Assembly (NCBI GenBank): GCA_963836755.1
Contig: CAWIKF010000002.1
Location: forward strand, 1,664,001 to 1,728,000
Length of the DNA: 64,000 nt
Reading direction: 5' to 3'
From: an uncultured Verrucomicrobiae bacterium
GTDB lineage: Bacteria; Verrucomicrobiota; Verrucomicrobiia; Chthoniobacterales; Chthoniobacteraceae
Shown piece after piece: positions 33,048-41,966 of the stretch. Numbering within the stretch: position 1 is the stretch's first letter; each line of letters begins with the position of its first letter. The notes under the pieces were generated by a model, which did no database searches, was not told the origin of the DNA, and saw only the letters and a program-made list of their open reading frames with translations. The position numbers and the translations under genes are program-made.

Positions 33048-33889
33048 GCCTTTTCCTCCTCCAGTTCCGCCACGAGCTGACGAAACTTTTCGCGCGCAAG
33101 CGCACCTACATCGGCTTCGGCGCGTTCGTCGGAGTCGAGGGACTTGTCCTTTTCATGCTCCAGTTGCCGCGGCCGCAGCAACATTTCCGGCGCTTGATCG
33201 AGGACAGCGGCTACGGTTTCGAGCGCTACTTTTCCGGCACCACGCTCGCGTTGCTCATCGTGATGTGGACCACGTTCCTGCTCGGCGCGCTTTACCTCGC
33301 GCTCATCGCGGGCGACGTCGTCGCGAAGGAAATCGAGGACGGCACCATGCGCATGACCCTTTGCCGCCCGATCTCCCGCACGCGCCTCATCCTCCTGAAA
33401 TACCTCGCGTGCGTCGTTTACACGTTCGTGCTCGTCGCCTTCATCGGCGCGACCGCGCTCCTCGCCGGCCTCGCGTATCGCGGCGTCGGCGGCCTCTTCG
33501 CCTATGCGCCGCAGGACAAACTTTTCGAGCTTTACGACACCGGCCCGGGCTTCGTGCGCTATGCCGGCGCGCTGCCGATGCTCGCCCTCGGGCTGCTCAG
33601 CATCACCAGCCTCGGCTTCATGTTTTCCTGTTTTAAAATGAAACCCGCGGCCGCGACGATCATCACACTCTCGCTCCTTTTTCTCGACTCGATCTTTCGG
33701 AACATCCCGTATTTTGAAAGCCTGCGCCCGTGGTTCATCACCGCGCGCATGGCCACGTGGCTGAACATTTTCCACCAGCACATCCCGTGGCCGCAAATCA
33801 TCGAGGACAGCACCGGCCTCCTCGCGCTCGACGCCACATTTCTGCTCATCGGCCTCGCGAGCTTCCACCAGCGCGACTTCAAGTCGTAG
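33044..33889 (+). CDS. ABC-2 type permease
   Basis: GTG overlapping the upstream stop; E...GT.R..L.RP.SR..L...K motif; about 6 TM helices; ends F.QRDF. Confidence 0.9.
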   Translation: MSLFLLQFRHELTKLFARKRTYIGFGAFVGVEGLVLFMLQLPRPQQHFRRLIEDSGYGFERYFSGTTLALLIVMWTTFLLGALYLALIAGDVVAKEIEDGTMRMTLCRPISRTRLILLKYLACVVYTFVLVAFIGATALLAGLAYRGVGGLFAYAPQDKLFELYDTGPGFVRYAGALPMLALGLLSITSLGFMFSCFKMKPAAATIITLSLLFLDSIFRNIPYFESLRPWFITARMATWLNIFHQHIPWPQIIEDSTGLLALDATFLLIGLASFHQRDFKS

Positions 33890-34062
33890 CTCTAGCGAGT
33901 AGCCTATGCCCGCCCTTGTAAGTCCAGTGACCCCGCGCAACCTTCCTTCCTTCCCTACTATCTTCATGACTATAACTTCCACCGCCCTCACTCCGCTTTA
34001 AACTCTCTGCCTCCTTCCTCCAGACTCCCCAAAACTGCGGACAACCTGTCGAGGATCAACAG

Positions 34063-34713
34063 CTAGGCGACGGTTGAATTCGGAAAGCCGAGATTAGTTG
34101 GAGTGCATTCATCGAGGAGAAGTTGATTGCGAGTGCGGAGAGCGATACCGGAAATAGAATCCAGCAGATAACTGCGATTGTCGAGAAGGCGTGCTAGGTC
34201 GAGGGCGCGGTAATGCAGACCTTGCTGCCACTGAAACGTCTTCGGCTGCTCTGAAAGGCTATTGAAGCTCTTGCGCGCTGCCGCAGAATCGCCGTTCAAT
34301 GCTGCAATAACAGCCGCGTAGTAATAATCCCAATGTCCTCGGCGTGCAGTCGTCTGGTAATACTGATGAGCGCTCGCGACGTTCGGAAAGCGGCTGCGGT
34401 AGTCCTCGACGGACCTACGAGCATGTTCGGTTACGCGAGATAGCACATCTGAAAACTGCGACTCATCACGCGCTGCCGAAAACGGTTGCTCTCTATGACC
34501 AACGTCGAATGTCCAATGCGCCTTTTCATAAAGATGCCAACATACGCCGACGTTGAGGTAGGTGCCGCGCGACCAAGAACTCGGCTGGAACTCGACGACA
34601 ATGCTCCACCAGCCGTGGTCGTCATACCATGTCCTTGACTTGCCTTGTTGCTTGAGGCCGAGCGGCGCGAGCGCATCCTTTGCGGCTGAGGCAATGAGCT
34701 TATTGTGATCCAT
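34063..34713 (-). CDS. Hypothetical protein (accessory; possibly DUF4304-like)
   Basis: 216-aa ORF with codon usage unlike its neighbours; ends resemble an integron cassette (see findings). Confidence 0.7.
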   Translation of the reverse strand: MDHNKLIASAAKDALAPLGLKQQGKSRTWYDDHGWWSIVVEFQPSSWSRGTYLNVGVCWHLYEKAHWTFDVGHREQPFSAARDESQFSDVLSRVTEHARRSVEDYRSRFPNVASAHQYYQTTARRGHWDYYYAAVIAALNGDSAAARKSFNSLSEQPKTFQWQQGLHYRALDLARLLDNRSYLLDSISGIALRTRNQLLLDECTPTNLGFPNSTVA

Positions 34714-34815
34714 GTGAAAGCGCGTAGTCGCCTAACGAGAATTAGGCCACAAAAATGCGTAATATGGTGCGCATTGATTGAATCTCATCCAAAATGCCCG
34801 CTTCCTTTCCCCGCC

Positions 34816-35586
34816 TTAGCTCATGCTCTTATCCGGCGGCAGGCCGAGGCGGGTGCGTAGCGAAGCATTGGCGGAGTCGGAGTAGGGGCGCTCGGCGTCC
34901 ACCGCGAGCTGGAGTTTGCGGCGGCGGCGGCTGATTTGATCGCAGGCATCCGCGAAGGTTTGGCGGTTTTGGCTCGCTTTGCTTTGCGCGCCGCTTTGCG
35001 TGGTCTGGATGCCGGCGTAGCTGCCGAGATCGGTCTCCAGTTGCTCGATTTTCGGCTGATCGAAGCCGGGGAGGGTATCCTGCGGGGTGATGACGTTCCC
35101 CGCATCGTCGCGGGTGCGCAGGAGGGTAAAGACGGCGGTGCCGGCGGCGGTGATCTGGACGCGGGAGCCGAGGGGCTGGCCGACGTAATAGGCGGCGAGC
35201 CGTGCGGAATCGGTCTCCTCGTATTTTTCCTTCGCGCGGGCCTGGACGCTGCGAATGGCGGCGATGGCGGTGGCCTGGTCGCCGCCTTCCGTGCCGGTGA
35301 CCGTGTGAAAAGTGGCGGTGGCGCTGGTGGCGTTCGCGGCGAGGTGCCCGGCGTCGGTGGCCTGCACGGAGAGTGCCTGGAGGCTGGCGAGGGTGATGGG
35401 GACGGTGTTGTCGCGGTCGATGAAATGGGTGGCGAGCTCGGCGGCGAGGGCGGTATCGGTGCCGATTTCATCGACGGCAGAGCTGATGATTTCCGTGTCG
35501 GTCTCAAGCTGCTGGAGAAGCCGGCCATCGATGGGGCCACGGGGTTTGCGAGTTTTCGGGGTGGGAGCGGGTGTTGGATCAGCCAT
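34816..35586 (-). CDS. Orphan Ala/Thr-rich helical protein A (256 aa), downstream of a 21-bp array
   Basis: ATG start, gene-like codon bias, Pro-rich N-terminus (MADPTPAPTP), amphipathic helices. Confidence 0.8.
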   Translation of the reverse strand: MADPTPAPTPKTRKPRGPIDGRLLQQLETDTEIISSAVDEIGTDTALAAELATHFIDRDNTVPITLASLQALSVQATDAGHLAANATSATATFHTVTGTEGGDQATAIAAIRSVQARAKEKYEETDSARLAAYYVGQPLGSRVQITAAGTAVFTLLRTRDDAGNVITPQDTLPGFDQPKIEQLETDLGSYAGIQTTQSGAQSKASQNRQTFADACDQISRRRRKLQLAVDAERPYSDSANASLRTRLGLPPDKSMS

Positions 35587-35653
35587 GCGGCGAGAGTAAA
35601 CAGGAAGGCGAGTGCCGGAAAGCTTTTTAAACCCGACTCATTCCAGCCCGAAT

Positions 35654-35884
35654 CCGATGTGAATATTTAGCGATCCGAGGCCGATACTTAGCGATCCGAG
35701 GTGAAGTTTTAGACTTTCGAGGTGAAGTTTTAACGATCCGAAGTGGATGTTTAAGGTTCCGAGGTGAATCGCCAGGCTCCAGAGGTGAAGTTTTAGCGAT
35801 CAAAGGTCGATCCTTAAGCCCGCGAGCTGGAGTTTTAGACTTTCGGGCTGCTGTCTTATCCTTCCGAGCTGAATCCTTAACGCC
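35654..35884. repeat. Degenerate 21-bp tandem array, 11 units, consensus CCGAGGTGAAGTTTTAGCGAT
   Basis: Units start at 35654, 35675, 35696, 35717, 35738, 35759, 35780, 35801, 35822, 35843 and 35864 with no indels. The last unit overlaps the hrpB stop. Confidence 0.93.
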
Positions 35885-38417
35885 ACTCGTGCTTCGGGTA
35901 TTTGCGCTGAAGCTCGATTTTCAACTTCGGGTAGCTCTCGCGCCAGAAGGTGCTGAGGTTTTGCGTGACTTGAATGGGGCGATGGTTCGGGGCGAGGACC
36001 TGGATGACCAATTCGACGCGGCCGGAGGCGATGGTGAGCGCGCCTTCGACGCCGTAAAGTTCCTGGATGCGCGCGGCGACGGTCGGCGCGGCTTTGGCGT
36101 CGTAGAGGATTTTCCACTTTTTGCCGTTCGGCAATGCGATGCGCTCGGGCGCGAACTTTTCCACGAGCTGCTGCTGCGCGGGCGAGAGCCAGCTTTTCAC
36201 GATCGGCAGGACGGGGCGGTCTTTGATCTCCTTGTAAATCATCGCGCCGTGGCAGATGTGCTCGATGACGGCGCGGCGCTCGTCGTCGCCGAATGCGGGG
36301 AGGGCGAGCTCGGGCATCCATTCGCGGAGGCGGTTGACGCGCGTGATCCATTGCTCGACGGCGGCGTCCCATTGCGTGAGGACGCAGGCGCCGTCGAGGA
36401 CGGCTTCGGCGAGGACGCGCGCTGCGGCGTCGGCGGGAACTTTTTCGGTGATTTGCGTGCCGAGGACGAGGTCGCGAAAGGCGGTGTGAGTGCGGGCGAT
36501 GACGCGGCGCTGGATGGGATCGTAGGCGACGTGGGTCTCGGTGCGGAAGGCGTCGGGGTAAAGTTCGCGCAGCCAGCTTTCGTCGATTGCGGTGGCCGTG
36601 TTGAGCAGCGTGGTGAGCTCGCCTTTGATCTCAATCTCGCGCACATCGCTGGCGACGAGGAGCGTGGCGTGCTGCACCACGCTTTCGCGCGCGAGCACGC
36701 CGCGCCGCGCATGGACGAGGTCGCAACGGAGCGTGCCGGCATCGATGCGCTTCGCCACTTGATCGGCGAAGCCGGCGAGGACGCAGCGCTGGATCGCCTC
36801 GTCGTTCGGTTCGCCGCGCTCGAGGTTGAGTTTTTCGGTGCGGGCGATTTTTAGAAACTGCTCGGCGATCTGCGCGGCCTCGCGCGCGGCGGGGCCGTTG
36901 ATGCCGAGCCGGCGGCAGCGTTGCGGGTTGTAATTGCTCTGCTCCGCGTAGCGAAAGGCGCGCATGAGGATGAAAAAATCCGACACTTCCTTCTCGCCGA
37001 GCACATCGGCGCGGTCCTGCGCCATTTGTTTGCCGTCGCTGCGGCGCATCAGGTTTCGCCCTTGTGAAAGCGCGGCGATGAGCGCGATGGCGCGCACGCA
37101 GCCTTGCGTGTCGGCCTCGATGAGCATGCGCGCGTAACGCGGATGCACCGGGAACGCGAGCATCCGGCGGCCGAGCGGCGTGATCGCGCGCGCTTTTTCA
37201 TCGAGCGCGCCAAGGTCTTTCAACAAAGTCTCCGCGCGTTCCAATGCGCGCGCATCGGGCGGCTCGAGCCAGCGGAAATTCGCGATGTCCTCGACGCCGC
37301 TCGCTTTCAAAGTCAGCACGACTTCCGACAAATCGAGCCGCTTCACCTCCGGCAATTCCTGCGCGAAACGCTCCAGATGTTCGCGCTCCGTCCATAGCCG
37401 CAGGCAATGTCCCGGCGCAGTCCGGCCGGCGCGGCCCGCACGCTGATCGGCACTGGCGCGCGAGATTTTTTCGACGAGCAACGTGTTGATCCCGCGATGC
37501 GGATCGAACCGCGCGATGCGCGCGAGGCCACTGTCTATCACGGTTCGCACGCCCTCGATCGTCAGCGAAGTCTCCGCAACGTTGGTCGAGACGATGACTT
37601 TTCTTTTTTCGTAAAACGCGAGCGCGGCGTCCTGCTCGGCCACCGGCAATTCGCCGTGCAGCGGCAGCACGACAAACTCATCGCCGACGCGCGACGCGCG
37701 GATCGACTGGATCGTGCGGCTGATTTCGTAAGCGCCCGGCATGAAGACCAGCACGTCGCCATCGGTCTCGCCGGCGATCCGCTCCAGCTCGTCGGCGGCG
37801 ACGTCCCAGACCGAATATTCGTCGGGGCGAAACGGCTTTGAGATGTGCTCGATCTCGACGGGAAACATCCGCCCGCTCGATTGCAGCATCGCGCACGGCG
37901 CGAGAAATTTCTCGAGCTGCCCGGCGTCGAGCGTCGCGGACATGACGATGATTTTCAGATCGGGCCGCCGCGTTTGCTGGAGATCGAGCGCGCGCGCCAG
38001 CGTGATGTCGCCATACAAATGCCGCTCGTGAAACTCGTCGAAAATGATCGCGCTCACGCCGGGCAAAAGCGGTTCCTGCACGAGTTGTCGCAGCAAAACT
38101 CCCTCCGTCACGAACCGAATCCGCGTCTCCTCCGACACGACGCGGTCGAACCGAATCTGATAGCCGACCTCACCGCCGAGCCGCACGCCGCGCTCCTCCG
38201 CGACCCGCGCCGCGAGCATCCGCGTCGCGAGACGGCGCGGCTGCAAAATCACGATCTCGCCATTGTTTAACAACCCGTGATCGAGCAGCATCTGCGGCAC
38301 CTGCGTCGATTTTCCAGAGCCGGTCGGTGCCTGCAAAATGAGCCGCGGATTTTGCGCGAGCGCATCGATGATCGCGCGCTCGAGTTCAAAGATCGGGAGG
38401 TCGCGCGGCGTAATCAT
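35877..38417 (-). CDS. hrpB: ATP-dependent RNA helicase HrpB
   Basis: APTGSGKST, QPRRLA, DEFHER, MSAT, STNVAETSLTI, QRAGRAGR, C-terminal LAPN.RP.QVT…YPKH.W. Confidence 0.96.
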   Translation of the reverse strand: MITPRDLPIFELERAIIDALAQNPRLILQAPTGSGKSTQVPQMLLDHGLLNNGEIVILQPRRLATRMLAARVAEERGVRLGGEVGYQIRFDRVVSEETRIRFVTEGVLLRQLVQEPLLPGVSAIIFDEFHERHLYGDITLARALDLQQTRRPDLKIIVMSATLDAGQLEKFLAPCAMLQSSGRMFPVEIEHISKPFRPDEYSVWDVAADELERIAGETDGDVLVFMPGAYEISRTIQSIRASRVGDEFVVLPLHGELPVAEQDAALAFYEKRKVIVSTNVAETSLTIEGVRTVIDSGLARIARFDPHRGINTLLVEKISRASADQRAGRAGRTAPGHCLRLWTEREHLERFAQELPEVKRLDLSEVVLTLKASGVEDIANFRWLEPPDARALERAETLLKDLGALDEKARAITPLGRRMLAFPVHPRYARMLIEADTQGCVRAIALIAALSQGRNLMRRSDGKQMAQDRADVLGEKEVSDFFILMRAFRYAEQSNYNPQRCRRLGINGPAAREAAQIAEQFLKIARTEKLNLERGEPNDEAIQRCVLAGFADQVAKRIDAGTLRCDLVHARRGVLARESVVQHATLLVASDVREIEIKGELTTLLNTATAIDESWLRELYPDAFRTETHVAYDPIQRRVIARTHTAFRDLVLGTQITEKVPADAAARVLAEAVLDGACVLTQWDAAVEQWITRVNRLREWMPELALPAFGDDERRAVIEHICHGAMIYKEIKDRPVLPIVKSWLSPAQQQLVEKFAPERIALPNGKKWKILYDAKAAPTVAARIQELYGVEGALTIASGRVELVIQVLAPNHRPIQVTQNLSTFWRESYPKLKIELQRKYPKHEWR

Positions 38418-38510
38418 GGGCGGTCATCTTCACGCGCCGCCGCGCATTTGTCATCCTGAGCTTCGCGCGGGTGCGCAGACTTTTTCGCGATAAGTCAGAG
38501 CGCGATGGCG

Positions 38511-39506
38511 TCAATCTTCTTCCGGCCGCGGCTCGCGCGCAAGCAGCTCGATCATCGCATCGCGTGGCGGCTTGTTTTCAAAAATAATCGCGTGCACCTG
38601 CTCGATGATCGGCGCGCTCACGCCGAGACGCCGCGCGCATTCCAGCGCACTCTTCGCCGTCGGCACGCCCTCGGCAACCATCGCCATCGTCGCGCTGATT
38701 TGCTCGGGCTTTTCGCCGCGTCCGAGCCGTTCGCCTACTCCGCGATTGCGACTGTGCCGCGAAAAGCAGGTGACCATCAAATCGCCCACGCCGCTCAGGC
38801 CTTGAAAAGTTTCACGCCGTCCGCCGAGCGCTACGCCGAGCCGCATCAGCTCTGCGAGCGAGCGCGTGACGAGCGCCGCCTTCGAATTGTCGCCAAAGCC
38901 CAGTCCGTCGCTCAAGCCGGCGGCGATCGCGAACACATTTTTCAGCGCGCCGCCGAGCTCGATGCCGGCAATGTCGTCGCTCGTGTAAGCGCGAAAAGTT
39001 CCGCTCGAAAAAACCTGCTGCAGATTCTCACAGATGAAATGATCGCGCGCGCCGAGCACGACGGCGGTCGGCATTTTGCGCGCGACTTCTTCCGCGTGGC
39101 TCGGTCCGGAGAGCGCGACGATTGGGTTGCGCGGGAAAAACTCCGCGATGATTTCGCTCATCCGCAAGCCGCTCCGCTGCTCGATCCCTTTCGTGCAGGT
39201 CATCAAAATCACATCCGGTGAAACTTTTTCGCGCGCAAAAGTTTCCACGACCGACCGCATCGCCTTTGACGGCGGCACGAACAAAATCAAATCCGCCCCC
39301 GCAATTTCCGCGAGCGAATCGGTCGGTAAAATGTTTTCCGGCAAAGTCACGCCCGGCAAATACGGCTCGTTCGCGCGCGTCGTTTTCAGCCTTTCGACAT
39401 GAGCCGGATCGTAACCCCAGAGCGAGATCTCGCCGCCGCGCCGCGCGAGCAAAATGGCCAGCGCCGTGCCCCAGCCGCCAGCGCCGATGACAGCGACTTT
39501 GTTCAT
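38511..39506 (-). CDS. gpsA: NAD(P)H-dependent glycerol-3-phosphate dehydrogenase
   Basis: GAGGWGTA, KGIE, SGPSHA.E, GALKN, GVGDL.VTC.S..SRN, AEGV. Confidence 0.97.
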   Translation of the reverse strand: MNKVAVIGAGGWGTALAILLARRGGEISLWGYDPAHVERLKTTRANEPYLPGVTLPENILPTDSLAEIAGADLILFVPPSKAMRSVVETFAREKVSPDVILMTCTKGIEQRSGLRMSEIIAEFFPRNPIVALSGPSHAEEVARKMPTAVVLGARDHFICENLQQVFSSGTFRAYTSDDIAGIELGGALKNVFAIAAGLSDGLGFGDNSKAALVTRSLAELMRLGVALGGRRETFQGLSGVGDLMVTCFSRHSRNRGVGERLGRGEKPEQISATMAMVAEGVPTAKSALECARRLGVSAPIIEQVHAIIFENKPPRDAMIELLAREPRPEED

Positions 39507-40129
39507 TTCTTCACAAAGCGCGGCTCCGTGCCCTTGAGCAGGCGTCCGATGTTTGAGCGATGCCGCCAAACCGCGAGCAGCGAGACGACGAGCGCGAAAT
39601 AAAAGAACGGCCAGCCGCCGCTTTTCCAGACGAAGATCAACTCGCCAAGCACGATCAACGGCAGCGCCAGCGCGGCGCAGATCGAGGCGAGCGAAACGTA
39701 GCGCGTGGTGAAAAAGACCGCGCTCCAGACCAGCGCGATCCCGAGAGCTGCGACTGGCAGAAATCCGATGAGCACGCCGGCGGAAGTCGCGATTCCTTTG
39801 CCGCCCTTGAAGCCGAGCCAGATCGGAAAACTATGCCCGAGCAGACAGCAAATCCCCGCCATGATTCCCGCGGCGGCGAGCGGAATCTGCTGTCCTTGCG
39901 CTGCGAGATCGATCGCTAAACGGACGGCGATGAGGCCTTTCAAAGCATCGCCGATGAAGACGGGAATCCCGAACTTTTTACCGAGCACGCGCAGCACATT
40001 TGTCGCGCCGATGTTGCCGCTTCCATGCTCGCGGATGTCGATGCCGCGGGCTTTCCCGACCAGAAAGCCGAACGGAATCGAGCCGAGGAGATAACTCAAG
40101 AAGCAGATTTTTCCGCCAGCGAAAAACAT
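39503..40129 (-). CDS. plsY: Glycerol-3-phosphate acyltransferase
   Basis: YLLGSIP, GSGNIGATN, GH.FP…FKGGKG.AT, RH.SNI.RL..G.E. Confidence 0.97.
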   Translation of the reverse strand: MFFAGGKICFLSYLLGSIPFGFLVGKARGIDIREHGSGNIGATNVLRVLGKKFGIPVFIGDALKGLIAVRLAIDLAAQGQQIPLAAAGIMAGICCLLGHSFPIWLGFKGGKGIATSAGVLIGFLPVAALGIALVWSAVFFTTRYVSLASICAALALPLIVLGELIFVWKSGGWPFFYFALVVSLLAVWRHRSNIGRLLKGTEPRFVKK

Positions 40130-40175
40130 CGCGCCGATCCTGCTGCAACTCCGCCCGACGCGCGAACGAAAAACG

Positions 40176-41921
40176 CTACCGCTTTGCGTGCAGCGCCCGC
40201 TCGACTTTCGCGAGCGGGAGGCAATTGATCACATCCTCGCGGGTGAGCCAGCCCTTGCGCGCTGCCGCGACGCCAAACCACAAATGCTGCAGCCGCGCGA
40301 TGTCGTGCGCGTCGGGATTGATCGCGCATTTCACGCCCTTCGATTTCGCCAGCGGCCACCAGCGCCAATCCATGTCGAGCCGCTTCGGATTCGCGTTGAG
40401 TTCGATGATCGTGCGCGTCGCCGCGGCGGCCTCGATCACCGCGGGAATGTCGACGGCGTAAGGCTCACGGCTCAAAAGCAACCGGCCGGTCACGTGGCCG
40501 AGCATTGTCACGTGCGGATGCGAAATCGCGCGGATGATCCGCTTCGTCATCTCCGCTTCGGGCAGATTGAAAACGGCGTGGACGGAGACGACGACGTAAT
40601 CCATCTGCGCCAGAATCTCGTCGGGAAAATCGAGCGAGCCGTCCTTCAAGATGTCGCACTCGACGCCGGCGAAGAGTCGGAAGCCGTCAAAACTTTTGTT
40701 TAACGCATCGATGTCGCGGCGTTGTTTTAACAATTGTTCCGCAGTCAACCCGTGCGCCTGGATCGAGCTTTTGGAATGATCCGCGATGCCGAGATATTCG
40801 AGCCCGAGATCCATCGCGCCGGCGGCCATCTGCTCGAGGGTGCAGCGGCCGTCGCTCGCGACCGTGTGGTTGTGAAAAGTGCCGCGCAGGTTTTCGAGCT
40901 TCACCAACTCCGGCAGCGCGTGCTTCTCCGCGGCGGCGAACTCGCCGAGATTTTCGCGCAGCTCCGGCTCGATGTATTCGAGCCCAAACGCCGCGTAGAG
41001 ATCGCGCTCCTCGCGGATCTTCGGCAGAGGTCGTGGATTTTTGACTTTCGATTTCGGGTTCTCGACCGGCTCCGCCCGGTATTCGTTGAGCGTCCAGCCA
41101 TTCTTTAATGCGCGACTGCGCATCTCGATGTTGTGCTCTTTGCTGCCGGTGAAATAGTTCAGCGCGAAGGGAAACTGCTCGTCGGTGACGACCCGCAGAT
41201 CAGCTTGCACGCCGGTTTTGAGGCGGACGCTGGTTTTTGTCGGGCCTTGCACGATCACGTTTTCGACGGCGTCGTGCGCGATGAAATACTGCGTGACGTC
41301 GGCCGGATTTTTCGTCGAGACGATGAAGTCAAGGTCGTGGACGATTTCCTTGCGGCGGCGGAAACTTCCGGCGGCGCTGACTTGAATGACGTCGGGCTGC
41401 GCGCGCAAGTCGGCGACAATTTGCTCCGCGAGCGCTGCGACATCGCCGAGGCGGAAACTGCCGGCGTGGCTCGCGCGCGCGGCGATGGCTGCGGAAATGT
41501 TGCGCGCGGTTTTCTCGCCGAAGCCCGCGAGCTTCGCGATGCGGCCGTCGTCGCACGCGGCTTGCAACTCGGCGATCGACGAGATGCCGAGCTTCTCGTG
41601 CAGCGTCTTAATTTTCTTCGCGCCGACGCCTTGCAGGTCGAACAGCTCGAACAGCGTCGCGGGAAACTCCGCTTTCAGTTCCTCATAAAACGGGAGCGAG
41701 CCGGTGTTCACGAGCGTGGAAACTTTGACGGCAATCGCTTTGCCGATGCCGGGAATTTCCTCGAGCCGCGACTCGCGTGCCATTTGCATGAGATCGCCCG
41801 GGAACGTTTCCACGGCGCGCGCGCCATTCGTGTAGGCGCGGATTTTGAAAGGATTCTCGCCCTTGAGCTCGAGCAATTGCGCGATCGATTCGAGCACGTC
41901 GGCGATGTCGTCTTTGGTCAC
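40176..41921 (-). CDS. polX: DNA polymerase X with C-terminal PHP domain
   Basis: ENPFK.RAY, AGSFRR, HDLD, DLR, FTGSK.HN, PELRE; PHP motifs H.HT..SDG, DHS, DAH. GTG start inferred. Confidence 0.95.
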   Translation of the reverse strand: MTKDDIADVLESIAQLLELKGENPFKIRAYTNGARAVETFPGDLMQMARESRLEEIPGIGKAIAVKVSTLVNTGSLPFYEELKAEFPATLFELFDLQGVGAKKIKTLHEKLGISSIAELQAACDDGRIAKLAGFGEKTARNISAAIAARASHAGSFRLGDVAALAEQIVADLRAQPDVIQVSAAGSFRRRKEIVHDLDFIVSTKNPADVTQYFIAHDAVENVIVQGPTKTSVRLKTGVQADLRVVTDEQFPFALNYFTGSKEHNIEMRSRALKNGWTLNEYRAEPVENPKSKVKNPRPLPKIREERDLYAAFGLEYIEPELRENLGEFAAAEKHALPELVKLENLRGTFHNHTVASDGRCTLEQMAAGAMDLGLEYLGIADHSKSSIQAHGLTAEQLLKQRRDIDALNKSFDGFRLFAGVECDILKDGSLDFPDEILAQMDYVVVSVHAVFNLPEAEMTKRIIRAISHPHVTMLGHVTGRLLLSREPYAVDIPAVIEAAAATRTIIELNANPKRLDMDWRWWPLAKSKGVKCAINPDAHDIARLQHLWFGVAAARKGWLTREDVINCLPLAKVERALHAKR

Positions 41922-41966
41922 GCGCACACCTTTACGGCGCGCGCTCGCGTGCTGCAACCTTTCCGG

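Noticed and set aside
34766..34793. GGTGCGCAT resembling the XerC arm of a dif site
   Set aside because: No matching XerD arm (TTATGTTAAAT-like) at the correct spacing.
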